Source of the DNA: a virus
Taxonomy: Duplodnaviria > Caudoviricetes
DNA: 64,000 nt
Strand: one strand, 5' to 3'
Virus record (IMG/VR): IMGVR_UViG_2890725172_000001
Span: 1-64,000 of that record
Made by a program: the position numbers and the translations under genes. Below are positions 63,705 to 64,000 of this stretch, piece by piece. The notes beneath the pieces were generated by a model. It saw only the letters and a program-made list of their open reading frames with translations, searched no databases and was not told where the DNA came from. Position 1 is the first letter of the stretch; each line of letters opens with the position of its first letter.

Positions 63705-63835
63705 CAGAAGCCCAGGAACAAGCCGATGGTCTGCCCGAGAGCGAAGGCGAAGAGCCAGAGGCCTATGACGATGAAGACCGCGCCGAGCAGTTTCGGCCAG
63801 GAGATGTTGTAAAAGTCGTTGTTGTTCTTACTCAT
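63704..63835 (-). CDS. Small membrane protein
   Basis: Coupled; one TM. Confidence 0.55.
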   Translation of the reverse strand: MSKNNNDFYNISWPKLLGAVFIVIGLWLFAFALGQTIGLFLGF

Positions 63836-64000
63836 GCGGCGTCTCGCAGTCGTTCGCTGTCCGGGCGGCTCGCCTCGGCGAGGATCCTTTCCCGGAGTTC
63901 TTCTTGGAGGTCGACTTCTTCGCGAAGGCTGGCCAGGAGTTCTTCCTTGCCCTTCCACTTGCGGTCGCCGTAGCTGTAGATGGAGCCGCCACGGCGGATG
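63832..64000 (-). CDS. C-terminus of a RecA-like recombinase (partial)
   Basis: IRRGGSIYSYGDRKWKGKEELLASLREE..LQEELRERI resembles the RecA C-terminal domain. Confidence 0.6.
   Translation of the reverse strand, partial: IRRGGSIYSYGDRKWKGKEELLASLREEVDLQEELRERILAEASRPDSERLRDAA

Larger units (their letters stand above)
1..64000. mobile_element. Large temperate actinophage / prophage segment
   Basis: Integrase, endolysin, phage DNA metabolism, tRNA array and anti-defence genes; no host housekeeping genes. Confidence 0.9.

Overview
GC-rich actinobacterial temperate phage or prophage segment with no recognisable head or tail genes in this window. Left end (0.1-15 kb): tyrosine integrase, convergent excisionase-like HTH, a degenerate TROVE/Ro60 protein, KTSC, DUF6879, a MazG-like protein and host-like regulator pairs (XRE/ImmA-like, DUF397/DUF5753). 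15-20.8 kb: a minus-strand operon with DUF6915, an RNase AS-like exoribonuclease and helical-repeat paralogues. 21.6-43.5 kb: a plus-strand early-type region opened by a sigma70-type promoter, a ~700-nt helix-rich non-coding stretch and a tRNA mimic. About 45 short ORFs follow, including three ArdA paralogues, MarR and XRE. They are punctuated by a hammerhead-like ribozyme, three families of repeated hairpins and a recurring GCCGAAWT motif, and end in a second tyrosine recombinase. 43.7-64 kb is mostly minus strand: TGT/DpdA-like protein, HAD, nucleotidyltransferase, a 14-tRNA array, Tad2-like DUF2829, CHAP endolysin, SpoVS, RuvC, dNMP kinase, fused ThyX, Cas4-like nuclease, WhiB, an RNA repair cluster (Rnl2-like, PNKP, RlaP-like, Rnl1) and the end of a RecA-like gene. 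The best candidate for a new system is the RNA-level architecture of the early transcript, together with candidate Y-like small RNAs near the TROVE gene. All family assignments are by motif recognition and all RNA pairings are by eye; none was computed.
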